DNA of 64,000 nucleotides. It comes from Rhina ancylostomus. Taxonomy: Eukaryota. The notes beneath the pieces are model-generated. The model saw nothing but the letters and a program-made list of their open reading frames with translations. It made no database searches and was not told the DNA's origin. The position numbers and the translations under genes are program-made. Positions within the stretch are counted from its first letter, which is position 1, and every line of letters begins with the position of its first letter. Location: the NCBI GenBank assembly GCA_030265395.1, contig JARFYF010000017.1:14086374-14150373 (forward strand), read 5' to 3'. Below, one piece after another: positions 51,901 through 64,000 of the stretch.

Positions 51901-54900
51901 TCGCCTCAATTATAAAGCAATTCCGAGTACGAAATGACCAAAGGGGGGGAAAACATATTGCCTTAAAATGCAGAGCAAATGTTCAAATATTCGATAGAAA
52001 AAGCAATTAATTATGCAGAGTACTCTTTGTGGTTTTGATAATAATGAATCAAACAGCGAACAGCACTTGCCTATTTCGTGTGATATTTAATTAATCCGTT
52101 AATATTTTCTCTGGGCATTGTTTTTGCTTTAAGACTCGATTTCTAAGGTAATATGTTCTTATGTAATATCTTTTAACAAGTACGTTTGGAGCCAAACCCC
52201 AGGCGAATGCAAGCTGTCGATGTTTGAGTTCTTTTCGACTTCTTCATCTATCGACACCGATCTTGCATAAAAGTCAGAACTGTCAATTCCATCTGGACTA
52301 AGCCGGTTAGTCGCCTCCGCCGGGTTTCCATTCTAAAGTTCTGAATAATAAAGTCCTAATTCTCATTCGATTAACAGAAAAAAATGATGAATTGATACAG
52401 ATTAAAATGTGAACACTATCGGTGCAATATCCCAGTTTTTTTTTATATTTCAATCGACAGCACCATCAGATGGATATTTTGTTATATATTGCTCATATGT
52501 AAAATAACACTTAGTTAAGATAATATTTTTTTCCCGATCGATTTCAGAGTTTAAAGGTTCCATGCAGCTAACTTTTAGTAGCGTAGTGTCAGTTCGAGCC
52601 GTCTGCATTATATACGAATTGGAATGAAATTAAGTTGATGGTTTAAAATGACTATAAGCAACGAAAAATAATAACAAAGTAGAAAATTAGTAATTCTATT
52701 TATGCTCATCAATTCAGGTAAAGGTATATACATAGTAAGATTTTTTTGAAATATGAAATTCGGAAAACTTGCATCAACAAATATCGTCACTAGAGGGCAG
52801 CAATAAACAGAGAATGAAAGGACAACTGCAAACAAGCGGGCATAACCAGTCGGTGTTCTCGTTAAAACTTTCTTGCTATTTGGACTGGCGGCGGATAAAG
52901 CACTGACTTGCACAACGTTAGATTGTCGACTTAGTTCAGTGCCAAACTCAAGAGATAACGCCTTTGTGGAAATCAATGTAATCGCCCAAATACAACTCCA
53001 GTGATTCTCGACGTCATTGACAATGAATTGGAGTTTTAGTTATGAATATTATTTCACAACATATGCAGAGTTTTAAAAGGAATTATATCCTTTGAAAATA
53101 CGGAATCCTTGAGCAGAACATTAAATTCTGCCAATGGAATCTTCACTTTTATAGGTACGTTCACTCGTGAAGAAGAACGATTTATAACTTATATCCGCAT
53201 TGGGAAAATAATCGTTTCTGTACATATTCAGTAGCATTAAACTATTAAGGGGGGAGGGGAGATNNNNNNNNNNNNNNNNNNNNNNNNNNNNNNNNNNNNN
53301 NNNNNNNNNNNNNNNNNNNNNNNNNNNNNNNNNNNNNNNNNNNNNNNNNNNNNNNNNNNNNNNTTATGGGGGGAAATAGTAATTTCAACTATTATTGGCT
53401 TGGCAAAGAGTCTAGGCACAATAGAAACAGTCAGGGTCCAAGTCAAGGGAAAATCTGACCTTATCTACACGTAGCTCGCTGCTACTGAAGACTTTTGCAA
53501 CACGTTGCTGTTTACTGCCACCGAACCACGCATCTTTCAGTCGGGTTTTACATTAGAAGCAGCATAGACATAATAAAACGCGGAGACATAATACTTGTTG
53601 ATGGATTTCAAGGTGTTAGTTTTATACAGACTGCAATGACAGTTCCAAACAAAAATTAAAGTGGGAGCTCCGTTTAGGAGTGAGGTAAGCGATTCACCGT
53701 TGAAACCTTATTCAGATAAGCAGTTGAGTGTAAACCATGCAGCCGACCACCGAAATATAATCTCCGCACTGAGGAAAAATAATGCATCTCTTTGCATCCT
53801 GCATCGTCCCAGTTACGTAGCTCGATATTCATAATATCTTTGGTAGAATAATTCCCAGTATTATATAAATGCAAACGTTTACAGCACGCAACTGACAATA
53901 ATCCGCACACTTCAGTAAAATTATTTCCCTCCCCTATATTGATTAAAGGTACATATATTTCATACTTACCTTCCCAATTGCCCTATCATTCATGGCTCAA
54001 TTTATTTTAAGCGAATTTTTTTTTTCACTTGACCAGTCATTGCTTCGGTTCGTCATAATTCCTCAGACACTTTCTCACTGAGAATTTTAACGCAAGCTGT
54101 AAAGCATACAACAAAAAAAGCTATTAGAACACTTATGACAATGGCACTGGCAAACAAAATAGGGAGATGTTTTCCGTACAAATTAGTATCTTTGAACCAA
54201 ATTCCGATAATTTCTTCAGCTATTCGAACAATTTCTTTACAACCTGAACGAGCCATTGATTACTCTTGTACATAATCATTTTATTCTTATTGTTAATTAA
54301 AATTTAATTGTCACAATTCTGTTTCTGCTAAAGTAAGCTCGCACGTTCCCAGACTGCTCGAATTCGACATTCACTTCACTTGTTTCTAACAACCAATATT
54401 TAGTTTTATTTTGTGTGAAATTTACTAAAAAGTCGTAACGGAAAATAAATCTGAAAATTGCTTCAGTGATACGTGTTGAGGCAGCTGTCTGTAGATAAAA
54501 GCAATACAAATAACCAGACAGAATATAAAAGATTCTGTTATCAGACTCCGCCAGACTTGACGGGGACCACAGGACGTTTGTCAATTATCGGTGTGATTAT
54601 TACCCAGTTGGAAACTCTGTTTTGTGCAAGCTAAATCTGTAAGATAAAATAGTCAAATGGCAAATAAAAATACTTAGTGGCGGATACATGAAAGCAAATC
54701 TGTTCTCGCACTGCGGTATTATGACCACTGGCGTTTATAATCGCCCTTATGTGATTTAACTTTGAATGCATAAAGTAGCAATGCTTAATATTTAATAGAA
54801 TGCACACAAGGTGTTTATTGAACAGTGAGAAAACATACTTTGTCTTAGCAGCGTGATTTCAATGCAATAAAGATTTTAGACAAGAGTTCAGATTTATCCT

Positions 54901-55689
54901 ATTGCCTTGATTACCATTTATGTTGAAATTGACAGCTGTAATTAAGACGTATCTGTTCTATTTTAAAATGCAATATCCTGCCTGAGTAAATATTTGCTCG
55001 TGATCTTGATTTAATTTTAAAAGTAATCAAAATATAGTTATCATGCCTTTGTAATCAGATCAACTTTTCATGCATTCCTTTGTTTATCCGTTTGGTGGCA
55101 AAGTGACCAGTCACACCATGCGCTTCTTTCAGCATTGCTGCGAATTGTTTTAAGTCAAATTTACCGTAAAAAGGTAGGACCCCAATTTTTTTCCCCTTTG
55201 TAATCATTTTGTCCACATTCTTGCATATTTAATTTGATTGTCCTCACAATAAATTACGTAACCATAAAGTAAAAGGAAAACCATAGCAAAGCTTTGACTT
55301 CGCTGCTTGAGGAGGGAATCTCAGAACCTGTACCTTGTCAGATTACGTCCTTTATTAATTAACTAAATTAATTTATCATAAAAATGACAACGATGTAAAC
55401 TCTTTTTGCTGAATCCACTGGCCAAAGGCCCTGTGAATGCACGGAGTCGAGGAAAATAACATNNNNNNNNNNNNNNNNNNNNNNNNNNNNNNNNNNNNNN
55501 NNNNGAAGTCGAACCTATGGGATTTCGTTGGAAATAGTCAAGTCCATGTGCCAGGTAAGTATGGAAAGACGATGCAATAAATTACATTTAATCCAAAATC
55601 TTTGTGACTTATTACATTCCGATTAAGATTCAAATGCATGTGCGAAAAGTTCTATTCTAGCCTAATACATAAACTATTTACAATGCTTA

Positions 55690-56009
55690 ACTTTGTTTTT
55701 TTTATTTTCAGTGAAACCTGTTTCAATTTAAATTACGCCACCTACGTGCGTGAACATGTAGCAACTCTCCCCAACTCCTATGTGGATTGGTTGAAAGTTT
55801 CCAGAAGGGGCGGAGTCTGCCTGCCGTAAAAGCCTCGCTCGCCTGAAAGTTTTTGAAACTTCCCCAAACCTTTAGGACTATCTACGGGCGCGCTCTTAAT
55901 CAAGGACTAAAATTGGATCCACGCCTTCAACCAATAAAGATTATTACTAAAATCTAGTTGCAAGCAGATATCTGTGTCGAACAAAAAGCCCACCCGTTTA
56001 ACATCGACG
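55690..56009 (+). promoter_or_regulatory. FOXC2 proximal promoter and 5' UTR
   Basis: Inverted CCAAT (attgg, 55786-55790), GC box ggggcggagt (55807-55816) and TATA-like gtaaaag near 55827, all about 200 nt upstream of the ATG. Confidence 0.65.
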
Positions 56010-57428
56010 ATGCAGGCGCGTTACCCAGTGTCAGACCCCAATGCTCTAGGAGTCGTGCCTTATCTGAACGACCAAAATTATTATCGAGCCGCCGGCAGTT
56101 ATGGCAGTATGCCCACCCCGATGAGCGTGTATTCGGGGCACGATCAGTATACTTCAGGTATGGCGAGAACTTACGGACCCTACCATCACCACCAACAGCC
56201 GGCTCCCAAAGACCTGGTAAAGCCTCCTTACAGCTACATCGCCCTGATAACCATGGCAATCCAGAACGCGCCTGATAAGAAAATTACTCTCAATGGGATC
56301 TATCAGTTTATCATGGATCGCTTTCCATTTTACCGTGAAAATAAACAGGGCTGGCAGAATAGCATCCGCCACAACTTATCTCTGAACGAGTGTTTTGTTA
56401 AAGTGCCACGGGATGATAAAAAACCAGGTAAAGGAAGCTACTGGACGCTGGATCCAGATTCTTACAACATGTTTGAGAACGGCAGCTTTTTGCGGAGAAG
56501 GAGGAGATTTAAGAAAAAGGACGCGATGAGAGACAAGGAAGAGCGAGACCGCCAGCAGAAAGACCAAAAAGGCCTTCAGACCCCCGTTTCACAGACGGAC
56601 ACCTCCAAGGACAATATGGAAAAAAAAGTCGTGGTCAAGAAAGAAGCCGTATCCCCCGGCATGCCTGTCATCACCAAAGTCGAGAGTTTAGAGAGTCCGG
56701 ACAACAACAGCATGATGCAAGACAGCCCCAGAAGTGTTGCTTCCACGCCGTCGGTTTCCACAGAAAGTTCCATCCCTGACCACAATCCCCCAAACAACAG
56801 CCTATCCGGCTTCAGTGTGGAAAATATTATGACATTAAGGACATCTCCTCAAGGAGAACTTAACCCAGTGGCTGTGCCCTCCAGCAGAACTGGTATGGTT
56901 TCCTCGTTGCCGGTAAACTATCCTCAAACGCCACAATCTATCTACAGTTCAGCGTGCAGTCAAAATATCGACTCGAGTGGAAGTTACCATTGTAGTATGA
57001 GAACCATGAGTCTGTATGCTGGGGACAGGAACAATCATATGTTGGTGCCCACCACCTTGGAGGATGCTATCTCAGATCATTCTGTGAGCACCAGCTCCTC
57101 GCTGAACGCCATGAATCTCAGCACGGCGCAGGAAGGAGTCTTAACCTCCAGCCACCATCAGCAACCCGGGGGCGCAGGACAAGCGGCTTCCTGGTACATG
57201 AACCACGGCACAGATCTCAATCACCTCCCCGGCCACACGTTCGGTGGCCAGCAACAGACTTTCCCTAATGTGCGGGAGATGTTCAACTCCCACCGACTCG
57301 GCATTGAGAGCTCAGCCCTCAGTGACCATCAGGTGAGCGGGAACACGAGCTGTCAAATTCCTTATCGATCAACACCGTCAGTTTACCGTCATTCAGGTCC
57401 ATACGCCTACGACTGCAATAAGTATTGA
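56010..57428 (+). CDS. FOXC2: Forkhead box protein C2, single exon, 472 aa
   Basis: N-terminus [19 protein letters not shown]; forkhead domain [15 protein letters not shown]...RRRRRFKK (about 56220-56520); eh1-like FSVENIM (56811-56831); C-terminus [15 protein letters not shown], the Y-ending tail and adjacency to MTHFSD favour FOXC2 over FOXC1. Confidence 0.97.
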   Translation: MQARYPVSDPNALGVVPYLNDQNYYRAAGSYGSMPTPMSVYSGHDQYTSGMARTYGPYHHHQQPAPKDLVKPPYSYIALITMAIQNAPDKKITLNGIYQFIMDRFPFYRENKQGWQNSIRHNLSLNECFVKVPRDDKKPGKGSYWTLDPDSYNMFENGSFLRRRRRFKKKDAMRDKEERDRQQKDQKGLQTPVSQTDTSKDNMEKKVVVKKEAVSPGMPVITKVESLESPDNNSMMQDSPRSVASTPSVSTESSIPDHNPPNNSLSGFSVENIMTLRTSPQGELNPVAVPSSRTGMVSSLPVNYPQTPQSIYSSACSQNIDSSGSYHCSMRTMSLYAGDRNNHMLVPTTLEDAISDHSVSTSSSLNAMNLSTAQEGVLTSSHHQQPGGAGQAASWYMNHGTDLNHLPGHTFGGQQQTFPNVREMFNSHRLGIESSALSDHQVSGNTSCQIPYRSTPSVYRHSGPYAYDCNKY

Positions 57429-58277
57429 TTTAGAAACCAACCTATCTATCTTTTTTTTTAAAAAAAGTCTATGTAGGGAAATGAAAACAAAGCAGCATTC
57501 TCGACTTAAGGCTGCGCATAAAATATTGACTGAGACTTTCCAAACGGCGCTGCGAGTGGCCAAACGTGTTGTCGATTTGTAGTTAGTGTGTATGAGGATT
57601 TTGAGACCTCAAAAGACAGTCTTTGCTTAAAAATCTTAAAATAAGAGAAGCCTACTTGAATAATTAATGGTTAGCAAAATGGCAAGTGCCAAATGTAGGG
57701 TTTAAATTGTTTAATGGACCAATATTCTAGTGATACGTTTTCTGTTCTGTTTGTGCAGTATTTGTTTAATAACATCACGTTCCATTTTCAAATGCTTAAA
57801 AGTTTTTTTTCTCCTGACACTTTGTCCGGTGTTGATGCAACATTATATTTGATGTAAATTGTACGATTTTCTATGGAGGCTACGTTACAGAGCCATTTAA
57901 TATATTTTAGTTCCGTTCACTGGATGTCGATTTATTAATGTCCCAACCTTTGTAAAGTGCCAAAGCGTAACTGTTACTCAACCTCAGTTTTATAGCCGTG
58001 TGCTTTGTACAGTGTAATTTTTATTACATTATTATCAACGATATATTTGCTCCGTTTAAAACCAAAGAACTAATTTATTGGATGCATAGTATTTTTCTAA
58101 ACCTCGAGATCTCTTTTTTTGAAAAAAGAAAGAAGTGGCTGTTCTGTATTGGTGACCCAGGCCCCGATGCCGTGAGCACTCCTTCTGAGCAGAGGATTGT
58201 AGTGGTTGTTTTAAGAACACTTCCTTTTCCGAGTTCAGTTGCTCTTAATTGCTGTATTTATCTGAAAAAAAACCCAC

Positions 58278-58283
58278 AATAAA
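58278..58283 (+). terminator. Probable FOXC2 polyadenylation signal
   Basis: AATAAA about 850 nt after the stop codon, followed by a GU/U-rich tract (gttgttttttttt). Confidence 0.6.
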
Positions 58284-61200
58284 TCAGCGTTGTTTTTTTT
58301 TGCCTTATGTTAGAGTGGCGTGGTGGACATTTTTTGATCTATTGTATGCTGTTTTGTTATTGGTAGAGAACACAGCATTCTCAATTTCTCTGCAATTCTC
58401 TAATAACTCTAATTACTACGGACTAACCTCCGTGCTAATAAACTGCGCGGGTTTAAGATAAGAATTTGCGACATGCAGAATATTATCCCTTTATTGAGAA
58501 ACGTTAAGCTTCAAAGCTGGCAAATAACTTTTTAAATATGGAAAACTAAATGCATTTTATTATTATTTCGTAACAAATCGAAAGGCGCGACTGAGGACAA
58601 ACAAGCTTGTAAAAAAAACAAGGATCTGAGGTGATTTTGACTATCACCCTTAGCTTAAATGACAATTTCTTCCCCTCTTGATTATATCCTGAAATGTGAA
58701 TTCACATTTTCAAGGTATTTGTTTACTTGGATAAATTATACCTTTCCAAGTTTAGTTTAGTTTCCTAACTATTCTTGTTGGGTATTATACAGTGTGGGCA
58801 TTTTCTTATACATTTAACCAATTATAGAACATCTGATCTGCAAGGTTACTTCAAAGTAAATTATACTTACCTTTTAAACGGCTTTGAACAAAAACTATAT
58901 CCGCAAAAATCAATTTGTAGGCAACCATATGGCCACTTATTTCACGTTCATTTCTGCTGTCGAATTCGTGTCATTTCATCCCTTCTACAAAACAGTTGTC
59001 ATTGCGGATAAAAAGAACGTGACTTGCAAAGACTAGCAAGTCAGTTCAGTTTATATGATAAGAGCTGATTATGTTTGATAGGAACTCACTAGAAAGCTGA
59101 AATCTAGTCCGTGCATTTTATTTCATAAATGTTTAATCTATGGGCCTCCAAAAATCGAACAATCTTACCCTGAGACCAACAGTAGATTTGCGTGGGGGTA
59201 AATTTGAATTCTTGAGGTTAGAAATTTACAGGATGTTGCTTGTCACTTTGAAATTCACTATTAATTCCACAAATTATATTTTGTGAATATAATTCTCGAT
59301 TCTAAGGGGCAAGTGAAGTACTTAATAAAAAAACAATTGGTCTGTAGTGCACTGATTAGCTGTCATACAAAAACCTTGAGAAGGCCCGTGGCCAAATTTT
59401 CATTCAGCAGACTCTATTGTAAGCTAACTTTGGCAGGTTTAGACCTGATGAAAGTTATTGGAAAGTGCATGAAGTAAGCCCGAGGAATAATTGACCAAAA
59501 GACATGTATGAATGAATGTATGAACGCGTTTCTCCACAAACATGCGGGCGCCGCTTCAAATCGGACCGTTCTATCTTCTGCAGAGAATCCAGGACCAACT
59601 GATGGCCTCGGTAGATAGTTGCACCTGTCATTAACAATATAGTTGAAAGTCAGCTGCGAATAGTGTGCGCAAACATCTGGCGTTGGGTAATCAAAACGGA
59701 AGTCTGTCTGGCGCTCTGGGATCCCATTGATTTGCATGATTCAAATAAACTAAAAATGTCCAGTTCAAATTTGGGATAAACGATTCCTCTGTTTCTGTAA
59801 AATAAAAGCCTTTCAACTACGCATGCAGTTTCATGCCAAGAACTAGGCATGGAAATCGCGTGCATTTTTTCGACAATCTGAGATCAATTTTGTGTTGGCA
59901 TTAATTTTTAATATAATTTTTCATTTTTCGCACGCTACCACACTGAACCCAGCATAATTACGTCGAACAGAGTAAGCAATTTGGCAATAAAATAAGCTAT
60001 TCTCAACAAAAAGAGCGAGTTAAAAGTGAACAGTATTTAACTCTGTAACACGACGAGGCGGAGTGGGGAACTTGTACAATACAACATGCCTTAAAATGCC
60101 AAAGGCCTTTAGGTAATGTAACTTCAAGTCCCACTAACAATAAGCATTGAACCTGGATTAGTAAACGATATGTCTACAAATATCACCTAAAGTCAATCTC
60201 AAAGGTGGCCCTCTCAGATAAATCCCACTCCCCGCTTCCCCATTGTATAGAGTCTAATACGGTATAGTAAATTGTGAATGGAGCATTTGGTTCCGATTCT
60301 ACCCTCTTCCCCGGATTTAACTCCATCATTACATTATTTCTGGGAATACATAATTAATTCCCATTTCTGTTTACAGAAAATAAACGCCACTCGACCTTGC
60401 ATTGAGAATGATTAATGGTCAAATGTGATCTGAATACAGGAATGGGCTTTTCCAAGTTTGATATATAAACCATTAGTAAAGGTCTGTAATAACATTATAC
60501 ACGGGAGTGCCTACTGTAGAATCATCTATTGTCGGTACAAGGATGTTTTGCATTTTTTTTCCGTTTCGATACAAAGTTCTTTGCCTCCTAACTGGTAGCT
60601 ATCCCTTCCGAGGTTAGAATGATAATTCTGCAAGTTTGCAAAGAAAACGATTGGCAAACGCCCACTCGTGCACTGCAAGTGTGTGCATTAATGACATCAA
60701 ACGTTCTGCAGGAATAAGAGCGCCATTGATTGAACGTTAGTCCCCAGGCACGGTTTTAGCACGGGACAAACAATCCTCACTTAAACACTGTAATCGCTTG
60801 CATTTTCTGCTAGCTCATGAGTCCTGTTCTTCACGCAACATTGATTAGATGGCCACCTGCCTTTAAGGGCCAGCGTAGTTCATGACCGAGATAACAGCCG
60901 AATATGAGCGTCAGTGTAATTTTATACATCGGATAGTATACTTTTTTTACGAGAGGAAACACATGGTAATGCAATTGATACCGTGTATTCTTTAGATTCA
61001 TGACAAACCAAGTTTAGACTAAAACATTCAAGACGAAAGCAACTCGTACATTTTATTTTCTGTTAAACGTTGAGGCATTGAAAGTCACGCCATTTATTTA
61101 GTCGTTATTTTTTTTATCTAAGTGAATCACTTAAACCATAAACTAACCTGCAAATTATAGTGTCAATATTTAGGCGCGGATTATCATAATGTTGTCCTGA

Positions 61201-61666
61201 GCTGTTAATTCTACCAACAGAATTGGACAGCGGGTTGTTGCTGCCATTGCTAGCTTACTCCGTATTTCATCTTGATTGTGTCAAATACAGATATATTTCA
61301 GAGCAAAGAAATAATTTATTAACCCTTTTCTTACAATGGTCGACTCAATATATAGTCGACTCAAGTAAGAACTGTACAATCTGCAGCCCTTCCTCCAGCA
61401 TTCGCTCATTCCCCCATCCCCTCACGGAAAATAGACCCAGCGCTTCAAAAGATCATACTGCAGGAGAACGGCGTCACCAGTTTAGGAGTTGATCATTTGT
61501 CACGCAGAAGTAACCAAAGTGGAATTGTTCTCCTTAGTCCAGAGACAGGGAAAGGGGAATCACAAAGATGTTCAAAGTCAGGCAGGACTTTCATACTGTG
61601 CTTCCAGATGCCAAGCCGTTGGTTTAAAAAGAGGACACGGATTTTAGTGTAATTGTCTGAAGCCTT

Positions 61667-61667
<1 letters not shown>

Positions 61668-61711
<44 letters not shown>
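61668..61711. repeat. (GT)n microsatellite
   Basis: Perfect GT run of about 22 units. Confidence 0.95.
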
Positions 61712-61713
<2 letters not shown>

Positions 61714-64000
61714 GAGGGGGTTGGTTTGTGACATGACGGAACAAGTTTGTGCTTGGTACAGGCAATCACTGTGATTGTAAAGCGCTAGATAAAAGGATGG
61801 TGGAAGGCTCTTTAATAATAATTTCAAAAGGATTAGTACCTGAAAAGAGAACATTTAGACGACTACCGGGAAAGCGTAGGGGAGAAAGACAAATACGGTA
61901 GCGCATGCAAACAGGCCATACTGGGATGAGGGGGAAAATTAAATCCTTCCCACCCATTCAATGTTTCAACATCGCCACGCACATCACAATTTCAGACACC
62001 AACTTGAAAAAGGAAAAAATAAACTTTGCCAATGAACGGGCTTCACTACGATGGAGTCAGAAATGGCACCGTGAAGTTCAACAGTTTTAATCAGAATTTT
62101 TTTTTCTGTGCCCTTTTCTCCCTCCCACTTGCTTACAGTTTCATGGGCCCATATTTACACAGAGCCATCCGCATCTCAATAACCTCCCAAAGGGCTTCAG
62201 ACATAAAGAAATAAACTGAAATGGTGCAATGGTTCTGTAAATAATAGAACACAAACAGAGCAATAAATATTACAAGGTAATGCAAAAATATAACATCGTT
62301 TACATGATCGCAAAAAGAATGCGATATAGGAGCAGAAAAATAAAACCCACACCATATCTGGCCTTACTGCGATTANNNNNNNNNNNNNNNNNNNNNNNNN
62401 NNNNNNNNNNNNNNNNNNNNNNNNNNNNNNNNNNNNNNNNATTAAATTCTTTGGGTGTGTTACCGATATTTTGGACATTCTACAATAACAACTCGCCCAA
62501 GGTTGAATTCGATCGAGACAGTCTTAAGTGTGTCAGCATTTATCCAGTCATGGAATCTCTGCGAAAGTCATTATTGCATCTCGTATTTCAACTTAAAGTT
62601 AATTACTGAAATGACAAGTAAAGTCCTTACTGGTTTCAGTCAAGCCTATAATTGGAATACGTAGACTGTAGTGCGTGTTTACCTAAAATGCAATGATCCG
62701 AGGGTTATGATAATTAACGGTATTAATAACGCTAGTAATAGTCATCATTGTGATCATTGCACATAAAGTCTTGGACTGCCACACAGACAGCAACTTTACG
62801 TTTCCACGTGACAATTTCAGTTCCAAATGGGACTGGATATCCTTTGCGCCAATATTTACCATTTTTTATTACTCTTGCCTAGATTTCCCAGATGAGACGT
62901 TCATTAAACTAAAGACTTTCAAATAAATAGCCGCACGAAACACTTCTCTTCACGCAAGTTAGGCGACTTTTCAAGATTGTCATTGTATGTGATAGATCTC
63001 GAGTTGGTTGAATACAAATCAGTGCTGCGCAGGTTCTGCTATTGTTGGGGAATCTCTGAGGTAAACTCGTCCAAACATCCCAACAAATGCTAACTGGTGT
63101 ACTGAGGTTGACCAAAGTTAAAATTTTAATTTCGAACTATCTCAAAAAGGTGTAAAGACTGGAAAATAGATAAGTAAAAAAATTATATGTTGAAACATAT
63201 TTTTACTTTAAAGATAAATTGTTTATTTAATATTTAAAATCTCCAAAACTAAAACTCTGCACATTCTAGCGGTCAAATTGAGAAAATATAGAATGTTGAA
63301 CAATATGAAACATCTCGTATTCTAATTCTTAAGACAGGACTAAAAATCTCTCGTCATAGGTAAACAGAATGTCTACATTTGATGTTTAATTTTGAATGAA
63401 CTAAATAAAAGTATCTGTCCTATGCACGGAAAATAGCGCAAATGCGTTGTTCCAATCCTGAAGAGGTTAACAGGATGTGTACATGCTGTGGCCTGTTTTA
63501 ACATCTTTATCCCAGAAGGACAAAGAACCCAATTGTTAAAATGATCATAAATACATGCAAAATAAAAATGTCATTTCCAAGCCGACTATTAAGTTACTGC
63601 TATCACTCGGTGGTAAGAACAATCGCCGTTGCAACATCCCTTTTGGGAGGGAGATGGTCTACGGGAGAAATCATGTAGGAAGTATACACAACTTAAGAAT
63701 CTTGCCATCTATTTAGATTTGTCTTAATTGTTTCAAGCGCATTCGCATCCCTCGAGGTTTCATTCCTGCCCCTCCACTTCTAATTAAGCTCACTTCACAG
63801 GGGTAGCTTGGGTGGCTGAGCAGTGAGGGTATGAAATTGACCTGCAACTGACAAGCGGGTCATTGTTGAAGCATTGTTCGGCGTTAAGTATTTGTTACAA
63901 ACTTGCCGAGTTTCAAACGTGTTTTCATCTTTGTTTCCAGCCGCTTATCAATCGTTCCCCAAGTGATGGAAAAGAGGGTAATTCTCAATCAAAGATATCG

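Noticed and set aside
55974-56009. 12-aa N-terminal extension of FOXC2 from a GTG start in the ORF track
   Set aside because: The conserved MQARY start at 56010 has A at -3. The extension has no recognisable homology.
55954-56797. Overlapping antisense and alternative-frame ORFs in FOXC2
   Set aside because: These are expected shadows of a GC-richer coding sequence and show no protein similarity.

Overview
Eukaryotic vertebrate DNA, most likely a cartilaginous fish (shark or ray), judged from the CR1, V-SINE, Penelope and Rex-type repeat content. It has many N gaps. The window covers part of the conserved FOXF1-MTHFSD-FOXC2-FOXL1 neighbourhood. The 5' half of MTHFSD is on the minus strand (coding exons at about 24.1, 14.0, 11.9/11.8 and 3.4 kb; the rest lies off the left edge). 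A complete single-exon FOXC2 is on the plus strand (56010-57428), about 32 kb away and transcribed divergently. The most notable structure is a pair of homologous 114-nt MTHFSD exons separated by only 30 nt, the layout of sterically enforced mutually exclusive exons. Other signals: an abrupt switch near 50.3 kb to a repeat-free, CpG-retaining domain around FOXC2; a solo-LTR-like family with 5-bp target-site duplications; Penelope-derived foldbacks with decayed hammerhead-like cores; and SINEs that share a body but carry two different LINE tails. Most short ORFs in the supplied track are repeat fragments or noise. Repeat boundaries are approximate and all homology calls are from recognition by eye, not database searches.
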